Origin: Lama guanicoe
Taxonomy: Eukaryota
Length of the DNA stretch: 64,000 nt
Direction of reading: 5' to 3'
Assembly (NCBI GenBank): GCA_013239625.1
Contig: MU056000.1
Span: forward strand, 9,993,175 to 10,057,174
Positions 51,346 through 64,000 of this stretch are shown here, piece by piece. How positions within the stretch are numbered: position 1 is the stretch's first letter; every line of letters begins with the position of its first letter. The position numbers and the translations under genes were made by a program. Below the pieces are notes generated by a model. It was not told the DNA's origin and ran no database searches. It saw only the letters and a list, made by a program, of their open reading frames with translations.

Positions 51346-51662
51346 TTTGTGCTAACGAATAGACCCTTGAGTTTTGAGGGCTTAACAAAAGTAAAAGTGT
51401 ATTTCACTAACATCCTAGTCCATTTCCAATTGGGTAGCTCTGCTCCATCTTGTACCTTTACCATCTAGGACATGTTGCCACCAGGGCTGATGTGGATGGG
51501 GGATGGAGAATAGAGGTCCACAAAGAGGAGTGTACATATCACATTGGACAGAATATGGTCACATGGCCCCATCTAACTGCAAGGAAGTCTGGGAATTGTA
51601 GTCTGTGGGCCTTTGAAGAAGAAAAAAATGGACCCTGGCCGGCTTTAACAGAATCCATCACA
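51346..51662 (-). mobile_element. MLT1 (J/K-like) LTR fragment
   Basis: Contains GGCTTAACAAAAGTAAAAGTGTATTTC...GTCACATGGCCCCATCTAACTGCAAGGAAGTCTGGGAATTGTAGTC. Confidence 0.7.
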
Positions 51663-53482
51663 GAATAAAATTTCACATGAGTTAGGTGATTCCTCACTAG
51701 CCTTGAAGAAGTTTTTTCTCAATAGGCAGAAATGTTTTTTAACAACATTGACATGCAAATGATGGTCCACAGCATAAAATCACTAGAGGCACAATATGTG
51801 TCACAGAATAGGGCTCAATAAATATCTATTGATCGACTTAGCTACCACCTGATAAGTCTTGAGATTTAATAGAGAGAGAGAGAGAGAGAGAGAGAAGACA
51901 CCACCACCAACAAAAGCTTTATTCCCCCAAAGACTGAAATTCCAGTTTTGTTCTTACTCAAGTTTTCCCACATCTTATATTTTTGGCTGTTGGTTTGGAG
52001 GCCATAATCAGGGGCAAGGAAAAGAGAGGCGCTTAGAAAAGCAGCGTGGTTGGACTGGGTTTCAACTGGCCACTAAAAAGTCTTGGCTTGGTAGATTTTC
52101 CTTTGCTCTTTTCTTTGTTTTTCAAGGGGAACATTAGGAAAGGAATGTGGCTTGCAGAAAGTCAGGGCCACGCTGGCTCTGGGAAGGGCCTCCAAGTCTC
52201 CTACAAACTCCTCGGTGCCTGCTAATGTGGGAAACCTCTTTAGAACATTCAGTTGCATAATTGGAGAAAAGGTTTAAATCGTCTTGTGGGAGGCAATAGC
52301 TTGACTAACATTCCTACTTAAAAATAAGTGCCAAAAATCAGATTCTGCAACTCGTTATTTCAACAGGCATTTTTTTGAACACTTACTAAATCTGTGAAGC
52401 AGCATACCAGATACAGCGAAGGATACAAAGAAAGCCTGGGCTAGTCTCAGCTCTCAAGGAGCTAGTGGGAGAGACAGGCATTTAAACGTCTCATTGGATT
52501 ATAAGGAGAAATGATTCTGAACAGAGTGATGAGAAAGCGTAGAGTTGGTGAGGGGGATGCTCACCTCAGACCATCAGGAGCAAAGGTCCTGTGGTGAGCA
52601 CAGTTTTGGTGGAAGACTGGGAGAGCGGATGCTCTCTGGCTGCACCCTGCCAGCCCTATTTGCGTAAGTGGCTGAGGTCCTGGCCTGACTGGGTCCTGGC
52701 GTTCCAGGGGCCTTCCTGCCTGGATCCTACACCAGATGTGGATGGATATCAAGGCCTGGGAACTGTGGGGACACCCTCAGACATTCTGCTTAGAACAGGC
52801 TCCAAAATGTGGGTTTGCAATAAAGGCTCCAGGAGATCCTGAGGTTTGGGACACTGACAAGGTGGAGCTCTAATGTCATGCAGTCTGAAGAGCATTCCAA
52901 AGGGCAGGGCGTTGAGTCAAAGGTTTTCAAGGAGTGGCACAACCCCGTCTGTGCTCCCTGAAGATCCTGGGCTGTGGTCCAAGGAGCAATGACTGGGGCT
53001 TGTGGCGACGCTGAAGTGTGGAGAAGGTCTGGAACATGAGCCCTCCCCTGAGGCAGAGCTTCTACTTCTTTGTGACTCTCCCCCAGATTTCCCTGCCTTC
53101 AGGTACCTGCAGAGACAAGTCATCATCCCAGCATCATGAATATGCAACTTTCACTGGCTTGTTGACAACTCACTAGGATCACACAAGGGCTCAAGGTCTT
53201 GCAAAGCAGCCCTCTGCCCCAAGGAGTTCCAAAGGCTCTCACAGGTGTGTGCCCCTCCCCCCCATCAGGTTTAGGAGGCCCTGCCCATGTCCAGCACAAC
53301 ACCCCCCTGATGCCATGATCTTTCCTGGGGAGGCAGAAGCCAGGCTGTGGGCTGCAGGAGAATGGGGAGAGAGGACCACATTCCCTGGGCATTAAGGGGT
53401 CTCATAGCTACACATTACTTGAATCCCAACATGTAACAGATTTGGTGGCCAGCTCCTTCAGTTTTCATATGGTTGTCACTCG

Positions 53483-53613
53483 TCTTGGGATCCAGACTTG
53501 CATCCAGGAGGCTGGACTAAAGCCCATTCTTTTTCAAATGTTCATTCTTGGAATCCAGATTTGCAACCAGGAGGCTGGACTGAAGCCCATTATCTTTTCC
53601 AAATTTTCATTCT
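53483..53613 (+). repeat. Tandem duplication, 63-bp period, 2 copies
   Basis: TCTTGG(G/A)ATCCAGA(C/T)TTGCA(T/A)CCAGGAGGCTGGACT(A/G)AAGCCCATT starts at 53483 and again at 53546. Confidence 0.92.
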
Positions 53614-54079
53614 CTGCCTACAGTTTTGCTCCTGGTCTGAGCTCCTCACACTTGGATCCTTCTTTCCAGTAGCTGAGTCTTGACACCAGTGGTTCCTCAG
53701 ATAGGCTGTACCAACAGGCCACCCACCTGTATGTAGGAATACCCTTGAAGCAAGAACAGCTGAGTTCTCCTCCCAGGTGGTTCCTTAAAGATTTAAAGTG
53801 CCCTACGGTTGACCAGTTATACCTAGACATTGCCAAGTGCCTCCATCTGCTGAAGTCCATGTTGTGGCTGTGTCACATAGGCATGACACTTCTCTTGTCA
53901 AGTCCCTAGTTTATTTTGGTAAAACGGGGTGTTGAGTTAGGCCATCCTTTTCAGCTGTAAGATTCTTAATTCTAAGGCAAGTTAAAAGGCTACCGTGATT
54001 GTCCAAACATATGATGATGAGCACGTGGAGAGGAAAGGATCAAAGAAGATAAGAAGGAGGTCACATAATTGAGGAATTA

Positions 54080-54322
54080 TAATAACCAATGTTATTCTTA
54101 TAACCAATGTTATCTTTTGTGTTATGTAGACCATATTCAGCAATTTACATGTATTATCTAATTGAAACCTCAAACAACTGTATGATACAGAAAATACTAT
54201 TATACTCATTTTACAGATGAGGAAACCAAGGGTAAGCGTCTCGTATTTACACAGATACAGTAGCTACTTGGAGTTTGTATCTGATGCTGATTCCAGAGCC
54301 ATATTCTTCGCTACTGTGCTAC
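54080..54322 (-). mobile_element. MIR SINE
   Basis: Contains TATTATACTCATTTTACAGATGAGGAAACCAAGG. Confidence 0.8.
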
Positions 54323-54469
54323 ATAGCCTATCAAGACAATTTTGGTTAAAATAGAAAGATTTGGATCTTTGAAAAAGAAGGTAGGTCCATGGCATACAAA
54401 GGAAGATCCAGGAGAGGAACTGTGCTGGAGGCTGTCTTTCCCTTACTCACAATTCAGTCCAACTGGTTT

Positions 54470-54575
54470 GTCTGTCCATCCATCTATTTATCTATGTATC
54501 ATCTGCCTGCCTACTTATCCATCCATCCATCCATCCATCCATCCAACCACCCATTCATCCAACTATCCATCTATC
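54470..54575. repeat. Degenerate (CCAT)n/(CTAT)n microsatellite
   Basis: Read directly; perfect core at ~54518-54545. Confidence 0.9.
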
Positions 54576-56029
54576 CCCAACCTTCTTCAGAAAAGAACTT
54601 GAGGAAACTTAGGAGAACTAGAGAAGTAAAAAATTCTATAATAACAATAAAAGAATAAAAGCCATGTAACAAAGGGGAGTAGATTATTGTAAAACTGATG
54701 CAAATAAGCACATAACTCTGAGCATCTCAACTTCCAAGGAATAAAAAGAAACACAGTGAGTTCTACAGTTTGCTTTAGCTCATAAAAGGAAGCACAACCA
54801 TCTGTCAGCAGAGACAGACTTTCCTACTACCAAGTCCTAAAACAGTCAGCACATGGGTCTTTATTTATTAAAGGGAAATTAAATAACAGGAGGCCAGCAT
54901 CTTCCAATGCAGATGAATCCCAATGAGGGCAGAACACATCATGTTAGATCTTCATTCTTTCTGGAGGACTCCAAGGTAAAATAACCTGGGCATCTTCCAT
55001 CTAGGGTAGTTTTTAGATCCTAGATTGGGGAGCTCTAGTTATGTGTGACTTACTGCTCCCCTGTAGTTCAACATGGTCTCACCTTCACCTTCTCATTGGA
55101 TTCTATCTCAGGAAAGAGAAAAATACAGGGACACCAAGTAGGTAATGTCAGAGAAAGGGGAGAAGACAGGAAAGCAAGAAGACCCGTCACCAAGGTGTCA
55201 CGAAGGTGGGGACTGGGATGGAAGGGAGGGAATGGATGAAAAACTATGGCTTTTAAGTGGTTTCCTGTCCCACTACCTTGGAAGAATCCAGATAACATAG
55301 TATTTCAGGCAATAGATAGTAGTTCCTTTTCTTGCTTCTCTGAGGGTGTGAAGAGCTGGGAGAAGCTGAACAGAGAAGAGTCTTGCTGAAAGAACCCAAA
55401 CCAGAGCTTCCTCCTGCACGTGGGAGTTATTTTCTTGAGTCTCTTCTTTGAGAAAGAACCTTGGCACCATGGAGCAGGTTGGAAGAGAGGTGGAGGTAAC
55501 GTCTCCTCCCATGTGGTGAGATCTTGGCTGCTGGCTACTGCTGTAAAGGATACTGCAACGTGAGAGAGGACAGTTGTTCAAAGCCACAAAGTGTCATCCA
55601 GACACATCTGATCTGCCCACCGTGTCCTTGGTCAGAGATCAACCTCGTCTATGCTAGGAAGCTCAGTTTCTCTTTATTCCATGTGCATAGCCATAATTTA
55701 CTTAAAACATCACATTGTATTTGTTCTTTGTTCTATGAGTCTTGGCCTTTGACCGAAAGCAATAAAATTCCGACCCAGGAATTCTTCCCTTATCACCCCA
55801 CTGCAAGGAGGGGTTTCTTACATCTCTGAGTTCCTTTGGCATTTATTGTGTCTTCTACCTAACTGAACACATATTCTGTTTCGTAATCACAATTGTCTTG
55901 TCAAGTGACTGGGTCTTATCCTTACAACTACGTCTTGTCTCTTAGAGCTCCATGCACAGGGTCGGGCTCAGACAGGTGATGAGTGTTGGCTGATGTCTGA
56001 CTTCCAAAGCCTGGAGCCACTTCCTGGTT

Positions 56030-56260
56030 GCCTGGGCTGCCCTCCTTTGCCCACCTGATGAGCTCTCCACCTTTCTTCACTCTGCTCTGTCCTCAGGAGG
56101 CTGACAGGGGTGGACTCATCCACAGCCTCCCTTGCTCTTGCTCCTGGTTGGGTGCAGCCATTGGGAAGCACGGGCAGCAGATGGAGGGCGGGAGAAGAGA
56201 GCTGGACTGTTTATTCCTCTGGCTTCCTCCCTGTCGAGCTCCAGGCCCACAACTCAACCA
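56030..56260. mobile_element. Old ERVL LTR fragment (LTR40/41-like; subfamily uncertain)
   Basis: Contains CTGCTCTGTCCTCAGGAGGCTGAC...GGTTGGGTGCAGCCATTGGGAAGCAC...TTTATTCCTCTGGCTTCCTCCCTG. Confidence 0.55.
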
Positions 56261-56749
56261 CCGTAACCAGAAATTGTCCCAAGAGCTGCTTGTTTGCCTC
56301 ACATTCCACAATCTCTGGGAAGGTCCCCTCCTCTGTGGGTTTAGTTATGATCCTCTCCTGCTACTTTGAACTTCTTCGCTTCTTGACTGAGGAGTGAATG
56401 AACCACCAGATGCACACCCTCTGTAAGACTGTGCAGCTCAAGGGGAGCAACTGCCACGTACACCTGCTGCAGGAAAGATCTTAACGCCCCTTCTGGCTAG
56501 TGGAGGGAGAGCAGCGTGCCCTGTGGCTGGTCAAGGACAGCGCCTGCCATGGGAGATCCCCAGCTGGACCCACAAGGCCTGTCGGTTGAGGACGGTGAGG
56601 TGTGTGGTCAGACCTCTGACTCTCATGGCCGTTGGCGTGTTTTGCCCACTGGGAAGAATCCCTCTGAGGCTTCTACTACTGCAGCAGCCTGTTTCTGGCC
56701 AGTTTCCCCTTTTCATCCTTTATGGAGGGCCTAAGAATGTCCCAAGATG

Positions 56750-57078
56750 CTATTTTAGTGCTTTCGGGCTGCTCCAACAAAATACTATAAAGTAGGTTGC
56801 TTATAAACAAGAAGCATTGGTTTCTTAGAGTTCTGCAGGCCGGGAAGTCCAAGATCCTGGTGTCGATAGACTGGTGAGGCTCTTCTTCCTGGACGGCTGT
56901 CTTTTCACAGGCAAGGGAGCTCTGTGGAGCCTCTTTCATGAGAGCACTAATCCCATTCATGGGGGCACCACCCTCATGACCTATTCAGCGCTCAAAGGCT
57001 TCATTTCCTCCCATCACCTTAGGGGTTAGGATGTCAACTTACGAATCTTGCAGGGACTCCAACATTCAGTCCATAGCA
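56750..57078 (-). mobile_element. MLT1A-type MaLR solo LTR
   Basis: Contains GGGAAGTCCAAGATC...GCACTAATCCCATTCATGGGGGC...CCCTCATGACCTA...AACATTCAGTCCATAGCA. Confidence 0.88.
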
Positions 57079-57139
57079 CATGCCCTGACACTCTCCTGCC
57101 TTGTTCTGAATTAGCCACAGCTGTAACTATCAGACCCAA

Positions 57140-57862
57140 TTTTTATTTATTTCTGTTTAAACAGCTTTATTGAGACATCATTCACACACTGTAAAGTTCA
57201 CCCATTTAAAGTACACAACACAGTGTTTTTTAGTGTATTCCACCCTCTCTCAATCCCTGGCAACCACGAATCTACTTTCTGTCTCCAGGGATTTGCCTAC
57301 TCTGGACATTTTTTATATAAATGGAATCATGAAATCTGTGGCCTTTTGTGACTGGCTTCTTTCATGTAGCAGAATGTTTTCAGGAGTCATCTATGTTGCA
57401 TCAGTGCTTCATTCCTTTTACAGCTGAATAATACCCCATTGCACGGATATACATTTTCTTTATACATCCATCAATTGATGGGACATTTGAGTTGTTTCCA
57501 GTTTTGGGGCTGCCATGAACAGTGCTGCCATGAACATTTGCACACAGACTTTTGTGTGGACATAAGTTTCATTTCTCTCAGATATATATCCAGGAGGAGA
57601 GTAGCTGGGTCTTATGGTGGCTGTGTTTAACTTTTCGAAGAACTGCCAGATAGTTTTCTGAAGTGGCTACACCAGTTTACACTCCCACCGACAGTGAATG
57701 AGGTTCTAGTGTCCCTACGTCCTTGTCAGAACTTGGTTCTGGCGGCTTTTTTTTTTTTTTTAAATTACGGCCGTTCCATTGGGTGTGAGGTGGTAACTCA
57801 TTCCAGTTCCCTGGTGGCTAATCATGTTCACCACCTTTTCATGTGCTTATCAGCCACCTGTA
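57140..57862 (-). mobile_element. Old L1M (L1MB-like) 3' end
   Basis: Contains AACAGCTTTATTGAGA...TGGCAACCACGAATCTACTTTCTGTCTC...GAACTGCCAGATAGTTTTC. Confidence 0.88.
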
Positions 57863-57870
57863 TACAATTT

Positions 57871-58210
57871 TTATGTCCACAATTCCCTATCCAAAACCTT
57901 AGGAACCAGATGGATTTCAGAATTCTCACTCTTTCTGAAGTTCATTAAAAAAAAATGTTCAGATATGGAAAGGCAACACAGTTTGTATACTATAAAACGC
58001 CTAGCACCCCCAGGAAGCTCTTGGGTAGCACCCCCAAAATCACATCCTTCAATATTTATGCAGCAAAAACATGATTCGCTCTAAATGAGATAAAGTATAC
58101 ACATAGACTCACATGATGTTAAGTCAGTTTTTGCCACTAAATGAGTTACAAAGAACATTGGTTTTCAGAACTTTTGGATTTTGGAGTCACAGAGAAGGGA
58201 TAAACACCTG
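57871..58210 (+). mobile_element. MER46C-like (TcMar-Tigger) element
   Basis: Reads GTCCACAATTCCCTATCCAAAACCTT...GTAGCACCCC...TTTTCAGAACTTTTGGATTTTGGA...AAGGGATAAACACCTG. Confidence 0.78.
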
Positions 58211-61200
58211 CACCTGCCTTTGGGTTCCAGCCAAGGCTGTGTTGTGGCAGTGATCCAGTGGTGCCTCCCGTGAGCACTGCCCTCTGTAGTGTGGCTTTTT
58301 GAGGCCAGCTGGGGAGTAGAGCGCAAAGACAAGGTGTCAGGTCCCCTCCCTCCCTGACCTGACTTACATGTGACCCCGTCCCAGACCTGGGTGCCATTCT
58401 CAGCCTAGCCCCACGGGTGCCTCGGGGGTTACTGAGGTCACTGTGCTTATCCAGAAAGAGAGAGGTGTGGTCAAAGGTACTTTCAGGACACAGGGGAGGG
58501 AAGCAGTGGGGAGGGCTGCATTGAACAGGGTGGGGTGAATGTTAAGCCCTGCAATTACTCCCAGATATCTCCACGGTACTTTCCGGAACCTTTAACTCTA
58601 CTTGTACAAACAGAGAAAGGTTTAGAATTCAGCAAGTGCTGAAACTGGGTGAACAGTGTGCATGACTGTTTTGGGGTTTTCACAGAAATGGGCTGCACAC
58701 TTAGGGCTGGGAGGAGAGTAATTCCAATGAATATGTGGGGAGAGGCTCTCAGCCCTCTCCCCAATTCTGCTCCAAAGTCATAGCCATTTGCTCGGTGAGG
58801 GTTTGTGACCTAGAATCATCCCCTGAAACGGATTTCCTTTCCAGTAAGGTGCTCTCCAGTAGATGAGTTTTGACACCAGAGGTTTCTCAGATAGGCTCTA
58901 CCGACAGGCCACCCCACCTGTATGCACCCTGGCGGGTCTCCCTCCAGCCCCTCCCTGCACTTACTTCCTCTGCTGCCGGGTTACGCTGTTCTTTGCCTCA
59001 TGTCTCCAAGTCTCCTAATTCAAGTAGGAATGAGTTCAGTCTGGCTTGTCTCCCGGTCCTTTCTTACCCCTCCCATGAAGGCATTGGGGATGGAGGCGGG
59101 CACACAGGGGCTGGCTGGTATAAGCAATGACTGCCTATGGGATCTTCCTGGGGAGGAGGGCGGCTCCTGAAGGCCAGGGTCAGGCTTGCAACGTTCATTT
59201 CTCTAGTTCACTGGTCGGGTTCACACAGCTGGTCAATATCGGAGACGGCACCAAAAACTAGTTGTCACTGGGACTTCTTTTTCCTCCGCGATGCTACCTA
59301 CCGGGCGTCTCTGAAAGAAGACAGTCAACTGTACTGGTTTTGGAAAGAAATCCGATCCACTGATTGAGGTTTCTTGCTTCTTTGCGTAGCTCCTGACTTT
59401 ACTCTGAGGCCAGAGATAAGGAAACAAGAAGTAAAAAGAGAGCCCAGGTGCTCTCTAAGAAGTAGTTTTCTTGTTGTGCCTCTAGGTCCCTAAGACCAGG
59501 CAGCTGGGTGTGAGGTGCATGGGCAGGACCTCCGGTCTGGGGAGGAAAGGAGTCCGCGGAGGTGTGGCTGTACAAGAAGTTGAGTCAGTGCTAGGGGCTC
59601 GCAGCAGGGACAAAGCCAGTCAGCCAGTCACCCAGGGCCACCCCAGCTTTCGCTCTGCATGTGGGTATCCTTGCGCTCCCAGTCAGCTCTGCCTGGAGCG
59701 GGTCCCATTAGTCGGTGTGATAGTCCTCGAGCATCTTCCGGAGCCTTCACACTGGGAGGTGACAGCTGCTGGTTTCAAGTTAGGGCTCTCTCCATAATTG
59801 TCTTTCACAAAGTTTTTTTTATAAACGTCTGTTTTATTTTCTAACATTCTGATGAGTCCACACAATCTCCAACTTTCTACCTTAAATCATGAAGAATCTT
59901 CTTATACAATAGTCCACACCTGTGATCTTTCTGACTATAAGGCAGAGTAATTACAAAATGCCTATGAGGTTTTACTGAGGTTCCTCTACTTTGATTGCAC
60001 CTCCTATTTCCCCCCACACTCAATCACAGTGGTCTCCTCTATTTTCTTCAAATAGCCAAACACAATGGGCTGCCTCAGGGTCTTTGCCCATGCAGCCTTC
60101 AGTGAGTAATCAATGACCCTAAAATATAAAATCTTCACCACCTTAGCAAATGAACCAGGGTCAGAATTTTCTCAGGGTCCACACTAGACAGAGGCAGTAA
60201 GATCAGCTCTAGGCAAAAGCAAAGTAGGTGCTTTTTTATTGGTAACTTCCATCACTATTTTTCTTCTTTTATCCGTTTTATTACTCCTGCCAACGCTGGG
60301 CTAATCCACTAATCCTCTCTATCAGGCATTAAGTGATAAAGGTTTAAGATGTTAGCACTCCCTGGAGTATTTATCCCTTAGAGAAATCTTGAAGACCCGA
60401 AGTTGGCCAGGATCAGAAAGAATGACTCTCACCTGGTAGAATTTCACATTCTGCATATTTTGGGCTGGGGGCTCAATTTGAAATTCTCCGAGGTACTGGC
60501 CAGGGACAGAAAGTCAGCAGTTATTAAGCAATGAGCCATAACACTGATCAATTTGAAGCCAAGGCAGCAAATGTAGACATTGTTACTTCTCCTGTACAAT
60601 CTTCTCATTTACATACCAGTAACGACAAAACCTTGCAACTTTCACATTTGAGCTCCTTTCAAAGCCACATCTATCTCTATTTTTATTATTGGGTTTCCCT
60701 GCTACCAGATCCAGATCTTCATCAACTCATACGCCGAGTGCAGGCAGGCATAAGCAGGTGAACACACACACACCCTCATATGCTCCCTAATTCCATCCCC
60801 TGTTCCCTTCCCAGGCTCATTGCCACCTAATTCCCTTTTCTACCTCCCACACCACGTCTTTTTGCTTGGTTTGTATATTCAGAGCTATTGCAATGACTTA
60901 AAAAAAATTACTGGAGTAAAGGGGCTCAGAAGAGTCTAACCAATCACCTGTCAAAGTCAGTCAGCCACTTCTAGGGTGCTACACTTGTGAATATGGATTC
61001 AGAGCAGAACAAGCTGGGCTGTGGCTTGGACCTTTCTGTTTAAGTGGCTTAGTAGAGGTCACCCCAAATCAAGGAAAGCCAAGAAATCCAAGAAGCTGGG
61101 TCCATTTGTAGTCATTTGTGAGCCAACTTAACATGCCCTGGCCCCAGTGGGTCTGTTTCTCTCCTTTTTCATGCTCCTGAATATGCCTTAAGACCAACAG

Positions 61201-61606
61201 GGGACTCTCAGGGCACTTTAGGTCACGCCACTCAGGGCCACCCACTGTACAGCATAAAAACTCAGCCCTTGGCCCTGTTCACTTTAACACTCATCTCCTT
61301 GGCAGATGAGTCAAGTCTAAAGCTCAAGGTATCTTTATGCTCTTTAGCTCAAATTTAGAGTTAGGGTTCCAACTCTGGCCAGAGGTCAAGCCTCTCAAGT
61401 TGTCTTCTGGGCACTTCCACAGTACATCCTCATTAACATTGATTCACTCCCCAGACCATTCAACCTGGATCTCTCCACATTCCTCTGGATTCTTTCTCTT
61501 TCTTTTCATCTTACACACTCATCAAATATTATCTATAAGATCAACATATGCGTTTCTCTCTAGAATGACAGTTTCACTCAAAAATGTGGAGGACCAGTTT
61601 AGCTGG

Positions 61607-62087
61607 TGTATTTCTTAGGGCTGCCACAACTGTGAGAACCACAGACTAGGTGGCTTAAAACAGTTCTGGAGGTTAGAAGTCTGAAATCAAAGTGCCAGTA
61701 GAGCCATGCTCTATCTAAAACACGTAGGGGGGATCCTTCTTTGTGTCTCTCCTGGCTTCTGGTGGTTTGCCCGCAATCTTTGGCATTCCTTGGCTTGTAG
61801 ATACATCATTCCAGTCCTCCATTCTCCCTGTGTGTTTGTCTTCACATGACTATCTTCTTAGAAAGGCACCAGTTATGTTGGATTAGGGGCCCACCTGGCT
61901 CCAGTATGAACTCATCTTATTTATATCTGCAGTGACCCTACTTCCAAACAAGGTCACATTTTAAGGTACTAGGGGATAATACTTAAACGTATTTTTTTTA
62001 ATTGAGTTATAGTCATTTTACAATGTTGTGTCAAATTCTTAAACGTATTTTTTTTTTTTGGTAGGGGACACAATTCAACCCAAAACA
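61607..62087 (-). mobile_element. MLT1C-type MaLR solo LTR containing a tiny L1 insertion
   Basis: Reads TGTATTTCTTAGGGCTGCC...CAGTTCTGGAGGTTAGAAGTCTGAAATCAA...CCAAACAAGGTCACATT...ACACAATTCAACCCAAAACA. Confidence 0.88.
62000..62037 (-). mobile_element. Ultra-short (~38 bp) young L1 3' tip with TSD
   Basis: AATTGAGTTATAGTCATTTTACAATGTTGTGTCAAATT, flanked by CTTAAACGTATTTTTTT starting at 61982 and 62038. Confidence 0.88.
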
Positions 62088-62110
62088 ACCGGTGAGTTAA
62101 GATATTGTTT

Positions 62111-62494
62111 TTTTTAAAATTTTTTATTTAAGTGTGGTTGATTTACAATGTTAGTTTCAAGTGTACAGCAAAGTGACTCAGTTATACATATTACATACAC
62201 ATATATTTTTTCTTTTCAAATTCTTTTCCATTATATATTATTTTAAGAAATTGAATATAATTCTCTGTGCTGTACAATAGGCCCTTGTTGTTGTTTTTAA
62301 TCTATTTTATACATAGTCATGTGTGTCTGTTAATCCCTAACCCCTAATTTATCCCTCCCTCTGCCCTTTCCCCTTTGCTAATCATAGTTTGTTTTCTATG
62401 TACATGAGTCTGTTTTTGGTGTGTAAACAGAATTTTTCTTTTTTTAAGATTCCATGTATAAGTGATATATTTGTCTTTGTCTGACTTAATTCAC
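62111..62494 (-). mobile_element. Artiodactyl/camelid L1 3' UTR (~385 bp) with 14-bp TSD
   Basis: Contains GTTGATTTACAATGTTAGTTTCAAGTGTACAGCAAAGTGACTCAG...AGATTCCATGTATAAGTGAT. TSD TTAAGATATTGTTT (62097) and TTAAGACATTATTT (62495). Confidence 0.88.
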
Positions 62495-62719
62495 TTAAGA
62501 CATTATTTACATATGGAAATAAATACAGATGTGTAAGGAGAAGGAAAAATTCTAAAAAATGCATTTCTAAGAAAAAGCCGACAACTTCAAAGACATGGCT
62601 GCTTGGGTTCGCCTCCAAGATCCTCAGTGATACAACTTTCACTTGCCTCTTCACTTTCCTCCATCTTCAGGGTTTCTTGGTGGAAAAGTTTGAGTTGATA
62701 AAAAACTATACCTGGCCTA

Positions 62720-63080
62720 TCCACCAGGAGCTGGTTCGGCTGCACAAAGCTGAATACTCAATGTACAGCCATGTAACTAAATCGGGGTCTTCTTGTTCTT
62801 GTATGTTTCCATGTAACAAGAAGCCCAGAGGGGTGCAGCCCCCCAGCCATCTGTACCATGTGCTTCTGTCCTCATGTTTACCTTCTCACAGTCACACAGC
62901 CTCTTCATCCCCAGCATTTCTGTGTTCTGTGTTCTGAAGTGGACAAAGGACAAAGGGCCAAGAGCATGCACCACTGTGTCTGAACTCTTTCTTGTGAGCC
63001 CTGCCCAGTCCTCTCCATTCATTGGCCAGCACCCTGTCACGTGGCCTTCAGAGCTGGGAAATGCAGTGTATTAGCCGGGC
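62720..63080 (-). mobile_element. Old MLT1 (K/L-like) LTR fragment
   Basis: Contains CATGTAACAAGAAGCCCAGAGG...TCATTGGCCAGCACCCTGTCACGTGGCC...GCTGGGAAATGCAG. Confidence 0.55.
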
Positions 63081-64000
63081 ATAGGTACTCATAAGAAGGA
63101 GAGGAAGGATATCGAGTAGACAGCTTGCTGTGTCTCCCCCAGCTGGCTCTCTCCTTTTTCATTTGCCCCATGCCTTTGAGACCAGTTTAGCTCTACGCAC
63201 ACAGGAGATAGGCCGATGCTTGTGCACTGATTGCAAGGGATCTCCTCATCTTGCAGGCAAGACATTAAACACAAACGATGCAAATGATACAATGCAGTAT
63301 AGGATGGAATGCCAGAACAACGGGTTCTCCAGAATACAGAGAAGGGAGAGGTCAATTTGAGTTATGCAGCAGCTTCAGGAAAGGGGATGAAATTGGAGCT
63401 GAATTTTCAAAGTGGGGTAGGATCAACAGCAGCTGTCATGAAACCCTTTTAGCTCCCCCTACACATGCTCAGATGGCATAAGGAAAAAAATCCTGTGTAC
63501 AGCCTTTCTCTTATTGTAGTCTGGGGGAGCCTTCCCATATATTCCACCCACAGACACAAGTCTTCTACAGCGTTTCTTGAAAAGGACTCTACCTGAGATA
63601 GAACCATTGGTTGATATCTGGGGCTCCACACTAGAGAGCTCTTTTTGTCCAAACACACACCAGTCATTCCCTCGCCACTCCGATCCCCAGCACCCTCAGC
63701 GGTCATTACTGTGCAGTCAGCATTCCCTCTCAGGCCAGCTCCCAGTGCCCAGAACTTGCCTCCACCCAAGAACCCTCCAGCAGGAGTCAGCCTTTTCCAG
63801 TGCGTGCATCCCAAGTACCATCACTAAGGTACTGCCATTCTTTCCATGGCTACACGACATCCAGTCTTTCCCTCGGCCCCCAGTAGTTTTTATTTTTTTA
63901 AAATTCTGGGCTTTTCTCCACCATTTAGGCAGCAAAGGGGGCTTTGTATTCACTACCAGCAGAATAGGTTACTATGGGAAGGATGCAGAGGGAAAGAAAG

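Noticed and set aside
1..64000. CRISPR array, prokaryotic operon or defence system
   Set aside because: The sequence is mammalian and repeat-rich, with no regularly spaced repeat-spacer structure and no dense long ORFs.

Overview
This is mammalian non-coding DNA, very probably camelid. It carries three tRNA-derived Vic-1-type SINEs and young L1 3' ends, and I saw no Alu, B1, Bov-A/BovB or PRE-1. A large part of the window is interspersed repeat: L1 fragments of several ages, L2, MIR, MaLR/ERVL/ERV1 solo LTRs and hAT/Tigger DNA transposons, often nested and with readable target-site duplications (TSDs). I recognise no host protein-coding gene, RNA gene, CpG island or CRISPR array. The only ORFs with recognisable homology are decayed L1 ORF1/ORF2 and L2 RT remnants, so the window looks intergenic or deep-intronic. 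I found no convincing novel biological system. The best leads are a MER41-like LTR with degenerate tandem STAT (GAS) sites, an orphan polyadenylated non-TE retro-insertion inside an old L1, a speculative spliced 41-aa micro-ORF, an E-box/HRE cluster, unexpectedly similar MLT1 ends 12 kb apart, ultra-short L1 insertions, and reciprocal CpG decay in two TSD pairs. Repeat subfamily names come from remembered consensus sequences, not from a search. Boundaries without TSDs are approximate.
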